64,000 nt of DNA, from contig JBHLNF010000010.1 in NCBI GenBank assembly GCA_048937405.1, positions 21,338 through 85,337 on the forward strand, read 5' to 3'. The notes below the pieces were generated by a model, which searched no databases, had not been told where the DNA came from, and saw only the letters and a list, made by a program, of their open reading frames with translations. This stretch comes from Promethearchaeota archaeon (GTDB lineage Archaea > Asgardarchaeota > Lokiarchaeia > Sigyniarchaeales > SOKP01). Shown piece by piece: positions 52,746 through 62,917 of this stretch (positions are counted from its first letter, which is position 1; each line of letters begins with the position of its first letter). The position numbers and the translations under genes are program-made.

Positions 52746-53114
52746 TTAATATTTAAAACTCATTTCTGCTTCAATTATCAGTTCAGAAATTTTTGAAAAA
52801 TCTATAATATTAATATTATCAGCAAGTACTAAATCAGAAGGCTTTATTCCCGCCAATTCAAGGGCTTCATTGTGAATATAAATTTCTAAATCAGACAATT
52901 CAATTAGTCGCATTATATTGGTAAATTCATCCATGTTTAAAGCTTTTGGATTTAGACTTTTATCTAAAAAATATATAGCATCTTTTAATAGAATAATTTT
53001 ACAAATTTCAACATCTCCTACTGCAAGAATTCCCGCAGCCATCCTTATAGCTTCTAATACAGAATTCTTTCCAAAAGGACCATCTTCGCAAATAATTACA
53101 ATCGAATTTACCAT
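52746..53114 (-). CDS. DsrF/TusC-like protein
   Basis: GPFG...EAIRMA, LKDAIYF. Confidence 0.8.
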   Translation of the reverse strand: MVNSIVIICEDGPFGKNSVLEAIRMAAGILAVGDVEICKIILLKDAIYFLDKSLNPKALNMDEFTNIMRLIELSDLEIYIHNEALELAGIKPSDLVLADNINIIDFSKISELIIEAEMSFKY

Positions 53115-53120
53115 AATTTA

Positions 53121-53492
53121 TTATCCTCCTGGACCGAAGAACAATACCCTATCAGACTGCGAAATCATATAAGAAAGACCCCCTAATCCTTCTTGATGTG
53201 CTCCTTCTATAAATTCTTCAGATTTAATTCCAGTAATACTAGTCCATGTACTACAAGCTGCAAATTCTATCTTATTATTTCTACAAAAATTTTCTAAACG
53301 CTTTGATAAATTACGAATAGAATTATCTTTTAACTCTCTTTTCTTAATATTATAAACGCCACTTCCATAGAAAAAGATTCCAAATATTTTATAATCCTTT
53401 TTTATTATTGCTTCCGCTAAGTTAATAACTGTGTCCATAGCTTCATACTTATAAGGTTCCGCACAAATTACAAAAGTAAATGATAACGTCAT
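53121..53492 (-). CDS. DsrE/TusD-like sulfurtransferase
   Basis: IFFYGSGVY, conserved Cys in AACS, GLGGL..SDRV. Confidence 0.85.
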   Translation of the reverse strand: MTLSFTFVICAEPYKYEAMDTVINLAEAIIKKDYKIFGIFFYGSGVYNIKKRELKDNSIRNLSKRLENFCRNNKIEFAACSTWTSITGIKSEEFIEGAHQEGLGGLSYMISQSDRVLFFGPGG

Positions 53493-53682
53493 AGATTTTT
53501 TGTTAATTTTTGATTAAAATTAAAGATAAAAAATGGTATTAGAAATTTATTTCTTATTCTAATAGAATATTATACATTAAGCTATATTATATTACTTTGT
53601 ATCTTTCTTCATAGTTTAGTAATTACGCTTTGAATTAAAGAAAAAATATTGGAATTCATAAATTTTTTATTCAGATAAATCT

Positions 53683-53907
53683 CTAAGTTAAATCAAATTC
53701 ATACTTAAGAATTTTTAATACCTTAATTCTTTCTGATTCTGTTAGATTTTCTATGAGATCTCCACGTAAATTATAATAATCTGGATATTTAATTAGATAT
53801 GGTTCAATAAATTCTTCTAAATTTGTATTACTTAACTTTACTTCAATTTCTTCTTCATTTAAATTTGATAATATATTATTCATCATCATTCTTTTGAAAT
53901 TCCTCAT
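53683..53907 (-). CDS. Small hypothetical protein
   Basis: 74-aa ORF in an otherwise empty intergenic space. Confidence 0.45.
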   Translation of the reverse strand: MRNFKRMMMNNILSNLNEEEIEVKLSNTNLEEFIEPYLIKYPDYYNLRGDLIENLTESERIKVLKILKYEFDLT

Positions 53908-54282
53908 TTCTTACCAATATATACATGAAAACTTAGCATTATAAAAGTCTCCTATATAATATAGGGCATTATTAATGTTCTATATACTCTAAATAGTCTA
54001 CTTGATAGCAATATTGATTAAAATTAAATTTGAAAAATATTTAGGGAAAAGGAGTGTTGCAGTATGAAACTGCAACAATTTGTCAACATAGAATTAAAAT
54101 GGAAAGAAAAGAATAAATGTGCATTGAGGAGAATTTGTTAAGGCGATAAGGGTTCTAGTTGACTTCCATCACTAATTTGTATATTCTTTAGCGGATATAT
54201 AAAAACTGTCTCCATAAAATCAATTGATAAATATTGAGTATATATTATACATAGTAATATATGTTAATGGATTAATAATCCT

Positions 54283-54900
54283 ATGAAAAATTTTTATAAT
54301 TTCTGTATTTGGAAAGATTCTGAGAATTGCAATAATTGCTTCCTTAATGGTAAACTAATATGTCATTTCCATAGAAAATATTTATTAAGTTTTCTTGGAT
54401 TTTTTTTTGCTTTTGCTATTACTGCTTTTGTAGGAGTGATAATAGCGGGTTATGGTTGGTTTTTATTAGGTTGGATTGGTTTTTGGTTATTTTTCTTTGA
54501 ATTTTGGGAGATTCGAATTCTATGTAGTCATTGTCCTTTCTATGCTGAAGAGGGGAAAACATTACATTGCATTGCTAATTATGGCAGCTTTAAACTATGG
54601 AAATTTCACCCAGAACCTATGAATTTGTCTGAAAAAATTCAATTACTAATTGGTTTTATTATTCTTGTTGGGTATCCTTTAATTTTTTTGATATTAGATG
54701 CTCAAACAATCTTTTTAATAATTTGTATTATTGAAATTTCCATTTTCTTTATTTTTTTAATCACAAAAAGGTGCGGAAATTGTTTAAATTTCTCTTGTCC
54801 TCTCAATCGTGTAAAAAAAGAAATAGTCGATTGTTTTCTTAAAAAAAATCCAGTAATGGGAATGGCTTGGAAAGATAAAGGATATAAAATCTTAAAATAA
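54283..54900 (+). CDS. Cys-rich 4-TM membrane protein
   Basis: CxxC clusters (CNNC, CSHCPFY, CGNCLNFSCPLN) flank the TM helices. Confidence 0.8.
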   Translation: MKNFYNFCIWKDSENCNNCFLNGKLICHFHRKYLLSFLGFFFAFAITAFVGVIIAGYGWFLLGWIGFWLFFFEFWEIRILCSHCPFYAEEGKTLHCIANYGSFKLWKFHPEPMNLSEKIQLLIGFIILVGYPLIFLILDAQTIFLIICIIEISIFFIFLITKRCGNCLNFSCPLNRVKKEIVDCFLKKNPVMGMAWKDKGYKILK

Positions 54901-54992
54901 TAAATTGTGAATCATTCGAGAATTTATAATAAACAGTCACAGTATTTAACAGAAAGTATTTATAGAGAATCGCCAAATACTTTTTTCTCTGG

Positions 54993-56174
54993 CTATTTCT
55001 TTACATAACAACGAACTGGAAAACCGTTTGAAATTGCTGCTAGACAACGATTGCAAGAAATACAAGCTGCCTTTTCTTGTTTTCCTTCTTTAAAAGATTT
55101 AACTAAATAAGGTTCCCTAATGAATGGTCTTGCCATTGAAATAAAATCTGTAAAGCCTTTTTCTATAATTTCTTCAAAATAAGCTTTATTTCTCAAACCA
55201 CCTACGACAATTATGGGTAATTTACCAATAATTTTTTTGATTTCTTTTGCAGCTTCAACATTATAACCTTCCTCTAATTCAAATTTTCCTTTCATGTCTA
55301 ATAAAGATTTTTCTGCTAATGGTTTTATCTTATCTGGCAAATATTCAGTAAATTCTTTGACTGGAACAGTTCCACGACACATATTAAATATAGAGAAAGT
55401 TGTTGAACCAGCGCTAACCTCAATTCCATCAATACCTGATTTTTTAAGCCATTTTGCATATTTACATGCTAAGGGGATATTGATTCCTTTTCCTGGAGTG
55501 TAATCTACAGTATTAAGTTTTAATAAAAGAGCCATATCTCTTGGAATGACTTTTTTAATGTTTATTATAATTTCTTTGGTATACTTAAAACGATTTTCAT
55601 CTGTTCCGCCCCACTTATCTTTTCTACGATTATAAAAAGGAGAGAGAAACTGATTGATTAAGTATCCATGAGCACCATGCAATTGAATTGCATCCGCGCC
55701 TGCTTCAACGGCACGCCTAGCAGCCTCAATAAATGATTCAATTGACTCTTGGATATCTTCTTCGGTCATTTCTTTTGGTTTGGTAAAGGTTATTGGATTC
55801 ATAACTTGTTTGGAGGGCCCCAAAGGAAGAGACCCTATTATTGCTTTATGTGTTTGCAATCCTCCATGTCCTATTTGAAATGCAACTTTTCCATCTTCTC
55901 TATGAATCATGTTAACCATTCGTTTTAGACTAGGAATTAAATCATCATTATGAATTCCTGTTTGATTTTTGGATATCTGTCCTAAAGGATGCACATACAT
56001 AAAGCCTGTAATAATTAAGCCAATTTCACCTTTAGCAAGGACACTAAAAAGTTTAATAAGTTGTTCAGATACTTCACCAGATTCATGAGCCAAATTGGTA
56101 ACTACTGCTGAACGTACAAAACGATTTTTTACTTCTATTTTTCCAATATTCATTGATTTAAATAAAATTGAAAT
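54993..56174 (-). CDS. NADH:flavin oxidoreductase (OYE-like) 3
   Basis: KNRFVRSA, QLHGAHGY, CISCNRC. Proposed ATT start 56174 after GGTGA (ORF track gives ATG 56153). Confidence 0.93.
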   Translation of the reverse strand: MSILFKSMNIGKIEVKNRFVRSAVVTNLAHESGEVSEQLIKLFSVLAKGEIGLIITGFMYVHPLGQISKNQTGIHNDDLIPSLKRMVNMIHREDGKVAFQIGHGGLQTHKAIIGSLPLGPSKQVMNPITFTKPKEMTEEDIQESIESFIEAARRAVEAGADAIQLHGAHGYLINQFLSPFYNRRKDKWGGTDENRFKYTKEIIINIKKVIPRDMALLLKLNTVDYTPGKGINIPLACKYAKWLKKSGIDGIEVSAGSTTFSIFNMCRGTVPVKEFTEYLPDKIKPLAEKSLLDMKGKFELEEGYNVEAAKEIKKIIGKLPIIVVGGLRNKAYFEEIIEKGFTDFISMARPFIREPYLVKSFKEGKQEKAACISCNRCLAAISNGFPVRCYVKK

Positions 56175-56401
56175 AATTTATCACCATTTTTACACATTTC
56201 ATAAATTTTTACTTAATTTTGAGATCCCTTAGTAAATATAATAGTTCATTAATAGTTGAGGATGATTATAACATTTAAAATTCTTAGATAATATTATTAT
56301 CTAATTTTTAATGATTTCTTTTATTTAAATAAAGAAAACACACTTTTTAATTAAAATAAAACCTTTAAATTGTTTAAAGAAACTTAATATAACAGAATAT
56401 T

Positions 56402-56767
56402 TTGTCTATTTTGGAAATTTTGAAAGAAAAAAGATGTCGGGTTATTAAGAAATACGAATCGCCATATACAGATCCTTTTTTAATAACTAAGGGAGAAATG
56501 TTATCTATTAGTGAAAAAGATAGTGAATGGTCAGGATGGATATGGTGTACCAAAAAAAATGGAATAAGTCGTTGGGTACCTGAGAGTTATCTTGAAATCG
56601 AGGGAAATTCTGGTAAAGCAAACCAAGATTATAAGGCAACAGAACTTTCTGTTAATGTGGGAGAAGAATTATTCATTGAACAAGAAGAAGCTGAATGGTA
56701 TTGGGTTACAAATCAGCAAGGAAAAAGTGGTTGGGTTCCAATTAAAAATGTTCAATTAATTATGTAA
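56402..56767 (+). CDS. Tandem SH3-domain protein
   Basis: Two SH3-like units: GWIW...WVPESYL and ELSV..GE...WYW...GWVP. Confidence 0.85.
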   Translation: MSILEILKEKRCRVIKKYESPYTDPFLITKGEMLSISEKDSEWSGWIWCTKKNGISRWVPESYLEIEGNSGKANQDYKATELSVNVGEELFIEQEEAEWYWVTNQQGKSGWVPIKNVQLIM

Positions 56768-57347
56768 CGAGATCGGATTTCATACTATTTTGAAACAATT
56801 TTAAATGATTTAATCCTTTACTATTAAGGATTTCTTTCAACATAATCTTAAAGACTATTTCTACGTTCTCTCCTGTTTTTGAAGAACATTCAAGATAAGC
56901 ATATAATTTGTGTGAATATAATAAATCTAATGCTTCTTCTTTTTTACAAATTCTCTGTTGTTCAAGATCTAATTTGCTGCCAACCATTAATATAGGTAGT
57001 TTTCCCATTATTTTTCTAATTTCTGGAAGCCAATTAACTATATTAGTTAGACTTTCATAATTAGTAAGGTCAAACATAAAAATTCCACCAGATGATCCTT
57101 TAGCATATGAGGGAATTAGGAATTTAAACCTATCTTCACCACCAAAATCCCATACTTGAAGTATTATTTGTCCATTCTCAAAATAAAAATATTTTATATG
57201 TATCGTTGCTCCAAGAGTTGATTTAATGTATTCATGATATTTATTTGTAATATAACGATCTATTAATGTCGTTTTTCCAACACCACTATCACCAAAGATA
57301 CAAATTTTATATGTTAAATTTATCCGATCTTCATTAGATCCTTCCAA
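56760..57347 (-). CDS. Rab-like small GTPase
   Basis: GDSGVGKT, STLG, WDFGGE, SKLD, ECSSK. No CAAX motif. Confidence 0.93.
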   Translation of the reverse strand: MEGSNEDRINLTYKICIFGDSGVGKTTLIDRYITNKYHEYIKSTLGATIHIKYFYFENGQIILQVWDFGGEDRFKFLIPSYAKGSSGGIFMFDLTNYESLTNIVNWLPEIRKIMGKLPILMVGSKLDLEQQRICKKEEALDLLYSHKLYAYLECSSKTGENVEIVFKIMLKEILNSKGLNHLKLFQNSMKSDLVT

Positions 57348-57756
57348 TTCTGAACATCCTCAACAAAAATAATGAATCTTTATAATTTAATTATAAAAAA
57401 ACCTATTCTTATACCTTTAATCAAGATTTGCTATTTCTTGAAAAAAATATTATATGGTGATTATTTTTTCATTAATTTAAATATTTTACTTTTCAAATTT
57501 GTAAATTATATTAGAATAAGAATTAAATAACTTCTTATTTCGTATAAATAATAAAAATTTAAGATTTAACGTTTGATTATAAGACAGTAATTATTGGTGG
57601 TATTGAACTAAAGTTACAAAGGCAATTCCAAACCATATAGTGTTCCACATAAAACAATTCATTGAATGGTTGGATTCCTAGTAAATTGTACAAATAACTA
57701 ATAAAATATGAATCACTAAATATTATCAACAAAACATTAAACTCATTTGTCAAATC

Positions 57757-58566
57757 ATGTCTAAATACTCAAATAGTAAAGATTGGTTCGAAATCATTAA
57801 GCAAAAAGATTATTTATATGTTATTCGAGAAAGATTAGATGAAATTGATCCTCGATTTCATACTACTTATACTAACTTATATTTAATTTTAGGTTCTCAT
57901 TCTGCTTTATTGATCGATACTGGTTCTGGATTATTTCCACTTAGGCATATTGTAGATAATTTAATCTTAGATAGAAAATTAAAAGTAATAAATACTCATT
58001 CTCACTTTGATCATATTGGTGGAAATCATGAATTTGAAAAAATTCACATTCATAATGAAGAACGAGAGCAAATTTTAAAACCTCATGGTATTTCTTTTTT
58101 AAAAGAATCTTCTAAAGAAATAACTAAACTTTATAAAAATAAGAATTATTCCCTTCCACCTGCTAAAGATATCCAACTGGTTAAAGATGAGGAAATTATA
58201 GATCTTGGGGATAAATCTGTGAAAGTTATTCATACACCAGGTCATTCATCTGGTTCAATCTGTTTATATACTAACGAAAATGAACTTTTTACGGGAGATA
58301 CTGCTCATTATGGAACAATGTATCTTTCAGAAATAAGGTTTCCTATTTTTCTATCAAGTATCTCAAAATTACTTAATTTGATTCAAAATTTAGAAGATAT
58401 TGAAATTTTTCCTTCTCATGAAGAATTCGCTGTAAGCAAAGATTTACTGATAGATCTTAGGAAGGGTATAAATGAGATTGATAAGATTTGGGATACAAAA
58501 ACTCGAGATGATTTTTTTGAAGCTTGGTTATTATCAGATGAAAATTTTAAATATTTGATATTTTGA
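57757..58566 (+). CDS. Metallo-beta-lactamase-fold hydrolase
   Basis: THSHFDHIGG, TPGHS, FTGD, PSH. Confidence 0.93.
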   Translation: MSKYSNSKDWFEIIKQKDYLYVIRERLDEIDPRFHTTYTNLYLILGSHSALLIDTGSGLFPLRHIVDNLILDRKLKVINTHSHFDHIGGNHEFEKIHIHNEEREQILKPHGISFLKESSKEITKLYKNKNYSLPPAKDIQLVKDEEIIDLGDKSVKVIHTPGHSSGSICLYTNENELFTGDTAHYGTMYLSEIRFPIFLSSISKLLNLIQNLEDIEIFPSHEEFAVSKDLLIDLRKGINEIDKIWDTKTRDDFFEAWLLSDENFKYLIF

Positions 58567-58582
58567 ATTGATTTCTCTTTAA

Positions 58583-59038
58583 TTACATTTTCATTTTAAC
58601 TGCTACTATTTCTCCTGTAGCACATTCTTTATCTCTAACAAAAAGCGAACATGACACATTAATTTTTCTTTCCTGCATATCCTTTATTCGCGCTCTGAAA
58701 ATCCATGGTTTATTCAATGGGGCCGGATTCAAAAATTTCACAGATAAACTTCCTGTTAAATATAACATTGGTGGATCTGTTCCAAATTCTCGACCTTCAG
58801 CTCTGTAAGCGGCGGAAATTGCAGTATTAAGACAGTGACAATCAAGAATAGTGGCTATTATTCCCCCACATCCTCTACCAGGAAAGGCACAGTAATATTT
58901 TTTTGGTTTCCAAGTGCAAATACACTCTTCTCCTTCCCAATAGCTCTTTATTTGCAATCCATGTTCATTATTTTTACCACATCCCCAACAATAAGTGCCC
59001 ATTTCAGGCCATTGATCTTGTATTGCTCTATTTTCCAT
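58583..59038 (-). CDS. PaaI-type thioesterase (hot-dog fold)
   Basis: CWGCG..N..GL, GGIIATILD. Confidence 0.88.
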   Translation of the reverse strand: MENRAIQDQWPEMGTYCWGCGKNNEHGLQIKSYWEGEECICTWKPKKYYCAFPGRGCGGIIATILDCHCLNTAISAAYRAEGREFGTDPPMLYLTGSLSVKFLNPAPLNKPWIFRARIKDMQERKINVSCSLFVRDKECATGEIVAVKMKM

Positions 59039-59169
59039 AAATAATCCTCTTTTTTGATTTTATATAAAGTTATTTCTTTAATAATACGAAAATAATTAAC
59101 TATCTTACTATAATTTCTTTATGAAATATCAATATTATTTAAAAAGATTTTAAGGATAAATTGAGGAAA

Positions 59170-59883
59170 TTAAGTCTTTTTCCACCAATAAGGAAAGTCT
59201 ACTGAAATTAATTCATTGGAATTTAAAAGTAATATCTTATCTTCTAAAAATGTTAAAGCAAATCCTCCTAGATATGATACCCAATTCTTACTTGGAGGAA
59301 TTCCAAACCAACCAAAACGTAGTGCTATTAAAAAAAAATCATGTGTAATATGGATATCTATATTTCTACCAGGCCCCTCTTTTAATTTTTTCAAAAAAAG
59401 TTCAGCTGCTTTTTTACAGTATTCCTGTAGAGGTGTTATTTCATTTGGAGAATATAAACCTGCGATCCAACGAAAAAAGAACTGCTTACCTGAATACTTT
59501 TTTATTTGATTTGGGAAAAAATCTCGCGCAGTTTCTAAATTAAAAAGAGGCCCAAAGGAACCTAAGATTTCACCTTCTCCATCAATATTTTTAAATCCAG
59601 ATAAAATATCTTCTGCTGTTTCTTGACACCTCCAAACAACGCTATGAAATAATCGAATAGATCTATTTCTAGGTAGTTCTTCACCGAATTTTCTAGCAAT
59701 CATATGTCCTTCAGGAGTTAATCTAAGTTTGATTATTGTATCTAACTCTTTAGGTTCATCTCTTTGAGAATGTCTAAGAATAAGTAGGATTTTTGAGTTA
59801 TCTGGAAATTTTTTAAGTCCTTCGATTATTTGTCGTGCTTCAGAAGTCCAATCAGCTTCTTCCCAAATTTTATTGATATCCAT
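59170..59883 (-). CDS. Histidine phosphatase superfamily protein
   Basis: LRHS, LT..G, RC.ETA, THD. Confidence 0.88.
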   Translation of the reverse strand: MDINKIWEEADWTSEARQIIEGLKKFPDNSKILLILRHSQRDEPKELDTIIKLRLTPEGHMIARKFGEELPRNRSIRLFHSVVWRCQETAEDILSGFKNIDGEGEILGSFGPLFNLETARDFFPNQIKKYSGKQFFFRWIAGLYSPNEITPLQEYCKKAAELFLKKLKEGPGRNIDIHITHDFFLIALRFGWFGIPPSKNWVSYLGGFALTFLEDKILLLNSNELISVDFPYWWKKT

Positions 59884-59986
59884 GTAAATTAGAATATTAT
59901 ATACCTTTAGAAAATTTACTTTTTATAAATTAAAAGGATAAGTTAATGATGATGCGATATTTATAATAAAGAAAAATTAAAATAAG

Positions 59987-60322
59987 CTATTTTTCACTCA
60001 ATCCAGTTAAGACTTGTTCCATTTTCTTTCGGTAAATTTCAAAAGCTTCTCTACCTTGTTTACTGAGTTTCAAAATGGTTTGTGGTTTTTTACCCTTAAA
60101 CTTTTTTTCTACTTCCACGTATCCTACAGATTCAAGTCTGTTTAAATGAGAAGATAAATTTCCATCAGTTAATCCTGTTTGATTTCTCAAGAAAACGAAA
60201 TCAGCACTCTCAACAACATATAAAACTGACATAATCATCAATCTTGATGGTTCATGAATGATTTTATCAATGTCGCTGAGTGGTTGGATAATATCCTCTG
60301 ATTCCGCTTTCTTCTTTGCCAT
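59987..60322 (-). CDS. Winged-helix transcriptional regulator (HTH_34-like)
   Basis: IHEPSRLMIM, GLTDGNLSSHL..LE..GYV. Confidence 0.92.
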   Translation of the reverse strand: MAKKKAESEDIIQPLSDIDKIIHEPSRLMIMSVLYVVESADFVFLRNQTGLTDGNLSSHLNRLESVGYVEVEKKFKGKKPQTILKLSKQGREAFEIYRKKMEQVLTGLSEK

Positions 60323-60332
60323 TGAAACACTT

Positions 60333-60968
60333 CTATTTTGTTAACTGATAATTTCTAAAAAATGTTATAAAATAATATAAACCAATTATTACAATTACCC
60401 CTCCCATAATACCAAAAGGAAGTAAAGTATCCAGAGGGGTCCCTACGATTGGATAAAGCAATTCTGTTAAAAAAAAACCTAATCCTGCCAGAATGGCATA
60501 AATATATAATCTTGTGAAATCTAAAAAATAAGCTACTACTACAAAAGGTAAGGTTATTGCCACTAATCCAAGAATTAATGCCATTATAAGTGGTTCGAAT
60601 TTTATGGAATTAACTAAGTCTGTAAAAGTTAAAATCAATAGAACGATATTTAAAATTAAAAATGCAAATAAAAATAGCCTGAGTTTTTGTTGCTTTGATT
60701 TACGCTTTGGTCCAAATTTAACAATTCCTAGACGTGGAATAGTGATAAGCTTCTTCCCTAAATAAAATATCAAAAAAGCACTAATATTTAAGATTAAGCT
60801 CGGAATAACAGCAATCCATAAGTCATCCCAATTGAGAATTGAACTCAAAAAAGTACTAAACCCTAAACTTAATATAATCAAACCGATAAATAAATCCCAT
60901 AATCCATCCTCGAAAATTGACCTATACGCTTTTCTCTCAAGTGATCTTAAATCTACATTTTCAGTCAT
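60333..60968 (-). CDS. 6-TM membrane protein, tandem paralog 4
   Basis: EDGL.D, T.PRLGIVKFG, F..YPL-type tail shared across the array. Confidence 0.85.
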   Translation of the reverse strand: MTENVDLRSLERKAYRSIFEDGLWDLFIGLIILSLGFSTFLSSILNWDDLWIAVIPSLILNISAFLIFYLGKKLITIPRLGIVKFGPKRKSKQQKLRLFLFAFLILNIVLLILTFTDLVNSIKFEPLIMALILGLVAITLPFVVVAYFLDFTRLYIYAILAGLGFFLTELLYPIVGTPLDTLLPFGIMGGVIVIIGLYYFITFFRNYQLTK

Positions 60969-61610
60969 CTATTGAGTCCTCTCCTCTTTTGGTAGTGGAT
61001 ATCTCTTGAGAAAACGAATAAAAAGTGCTAAACCCATTAAAAAAATAACGGCTCCTATTATTCCATATGATAAAAGCGATCTAGTAACCCAATCCATTGA
61101 ATCATATAATAACGCATTGATGAAATTTGCTAACCATATAAGCAATCCAATTAGATATAATCGTGGGAATTTCATCAAAAATCCCATTATCGCGAAAGTA
61201 GGTATAAAAAGTAAGCCAGTTATTAACATAAATATCATTTCTGATACTTTTGATCCCGAGCCACTTCCTGTAAATAATAGGATAAGAAGTATTAATTCTA
61301 TTAACAATTGAATAGATACTAATATAAATAACTTCTTTCTTATTGACTTTATAGAGGGACCCGGTTTAACCACTCCAGTTCTGGGTTGAATGATGTATTT
61401 GGTAACATAAAAAGTTGATACAAGGGATATAAAAACAACAATCAATTGCCACAAAAAATATTTATATGGTGAAGGCAAACTCTCATAAAAGAAGGGAAAA
61501 AAACCCATTCCCAAAAGTAAAAAGCCAAATATTAAATCAATAAAACCATGTTGGTGAGCCGTTTTGAGAATATTTTTCTCAATTTTTTTAAAATTAAAAT
61601 TCTCTGCCAT
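60969..61610 (-). CDS. 6-TM membrane protein, tandem paralog 3
   Basis: HQHGFID, QPRTGVVK, FLKRYPL. Confidence 0.85.
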   Translation of the reverse strand: MAENFNFKKIEKNILKTAHQHGFIDLIFGFLLLGMGFFPFFYESLPSPYKYFLWQLIVVFISLVSTFYVTKYIIQPRTGVVKPGPSIKSIRKKLFILVSIQLLIELILLILLFTGSGSGSKVSEMIFMLITGLLFIPTFAIMGFLMKFPRLYLIGLLIWLANFINALLYDSMDWVTRSLLSYGIIGAVIFLMGLALFIRFLKRYPLPKEERTQ

Positions 61611-61613
61611 TTT

Positions 61614-62252
61614 TTAAGTCAACTCCTCTATTGATAATGGATGTTTCTTAAGAAAACGAATAAAAAGTGATAAACCCATTATAAAAATAATACCTCCCAT
61701 AATCCCATACGATAAGAGATATCTAATTGTATAGTCTATGGAATCCTGTAATAGCTCGTTGATGAATATAGCTAACCATATAAGCAATCCGATTAGATAT
61801 AATCGGGGATATTTCATCAAATAGCCAATTATTCCAAAAATAGGTATAATAAATAAACCTATAATTAATATAAACATAATTCCTGTTACTTTTATCCCTG
61901 AACCACTTCCTGTAATTAATGAGATAATAAGTATTAACTGGATTGTTAATTGAATAATTATCACAATGAATAATTTTTTTCTCATTGATTTTATAGAAGC
62001 ACCTGGTTTAGCAATCCCTGTTCTCGGTTGAATGACGTATTTAATAACAGTAATAAGACACACCTCCGCTATTATCACAAGAATTAATGGCCATAAAAAA
62101 TACTTATATGGTGAGGGTAAGGTTTCACGAAAGAAAGGACCAAAACCCATTCCCGCAACTATAAAGCCAATAAGCATATCAAAAGAACCATGCTGGTGGG
62201 CTGTTTTGAGAATATTTTTCTCAATTTTCTTTATATCAATATTTTCAACCAT
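61614..62252 (-). CDS. 6-TM membrane protein, tandem paralog 2
   Basis: Closest to paralog 3. QPRTGIAK, FLKKHPL. Confidence 0.85.
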   Translation of the reverse strand: MVENIDIKKIEKNILKTAHQHGSFDMLIGFIVAGMGFGPFFRETLPSPYKYFLWPLILVIIAEVCLITVIKYVIQPRTGIAKPGASIKSMRKKLFIVIIIQLTIQLILIISLITGSGSGIKVTGIMFILIIGLFIIPIFGIIGYLMKYPRLYLIGLLIWLAIFINELLQDSIDYTIRYLLSYGIMGGIIFIMGLSLFIRFLKKHPLSIEELT

Positions 62253-62255
62253 TTT

Positions 62256-62894
62256 TTAAGCCATCTCCTCTTTTGATAAAGGGTATTTCCGGAGAAATTT
62301 AATTAAAGATACAATTCCCATGATTATTGTTATCCCACTTATAATGCTAAATACTACTAGAACGTCAAAAGGTTCAGGTATAAAAATTGATAATAAATCT
62401 GACAAAAAGAAACTTAATCCCACCAGTAAGCCGATGATATAAAAACGAGGATGTTGGATGAAATATGCCGCAAAACATACAGGAGCTGTTATAAAGAGTA
62501 ATCCTAAAATTAATCCATCTAAATATCCTGGAAATTCTAAGCTTAATTCAGGATTAGTAAATCGGATTAAAAATAGGATTAAAAGAATAAGGAGATTTAT
62601 AGATAATACAACTAAAGTTTTTAATTTACGTCCTTTTCGTTTAATTCCAAATTTTACTATTCCTAATCTAGGTTGAGTAATCATTTTTTTTGCAGTTAAA
62701 AAAAAAGCTAACCCAATTCCAATAAAAATAATTGGAATAAATTTATCGAGAGGATTAGGCACCACAGGACTAAGAGTCATCCCCATACCAAGCCCTAGAA
62801 TTAATATACCAAAATAGATATCTAAAATTCCATCTTCAAGGGTAGATCTCCATGTTTTTTTCTCAATTTCCTTTAAATCAATCTTTTCTGTTAT
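62256..62894 (-). CDS. 6-TM membrane protein, tandem paralog 1
   Basis: EDGILD, QPRLGIVKFG, FLRKYPL. Proposed ATA start 62894 (ORF track gives GTG 62903). Confidence 0.85.
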   Translation of the reverse strand: MTEKIDLKEIEKKTWRSTLEDGILDIYFGILILGLGMGMTLSPVVPNPLDKFIPIIFIGIGLAFFLTAKKMITQPRLGIVKFGIKRKGRKLKTLVVLSINLLILLILFLIRFTNPELSLEFPGYLDGLILGLLFITAPVCFAAYFIQHPRFYIIGLLVGLSFFLSDLLSIFIPEPFDVLVVFSIISGITIIMGIVSLIKFLRKYPLSKEEMA

Positions 62895-62917
62895 TTTTTT
62901 CACCTTAATATTATATT

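Noticed and set aside
54-62676. Numerous short antisense ORFs in the ORF track (e.g. 54-557, 16480-16875, 27374-27736, 37701-37922)
   Set aside because: They are shadow or off-frame ORFs overlapping well-supported genes.
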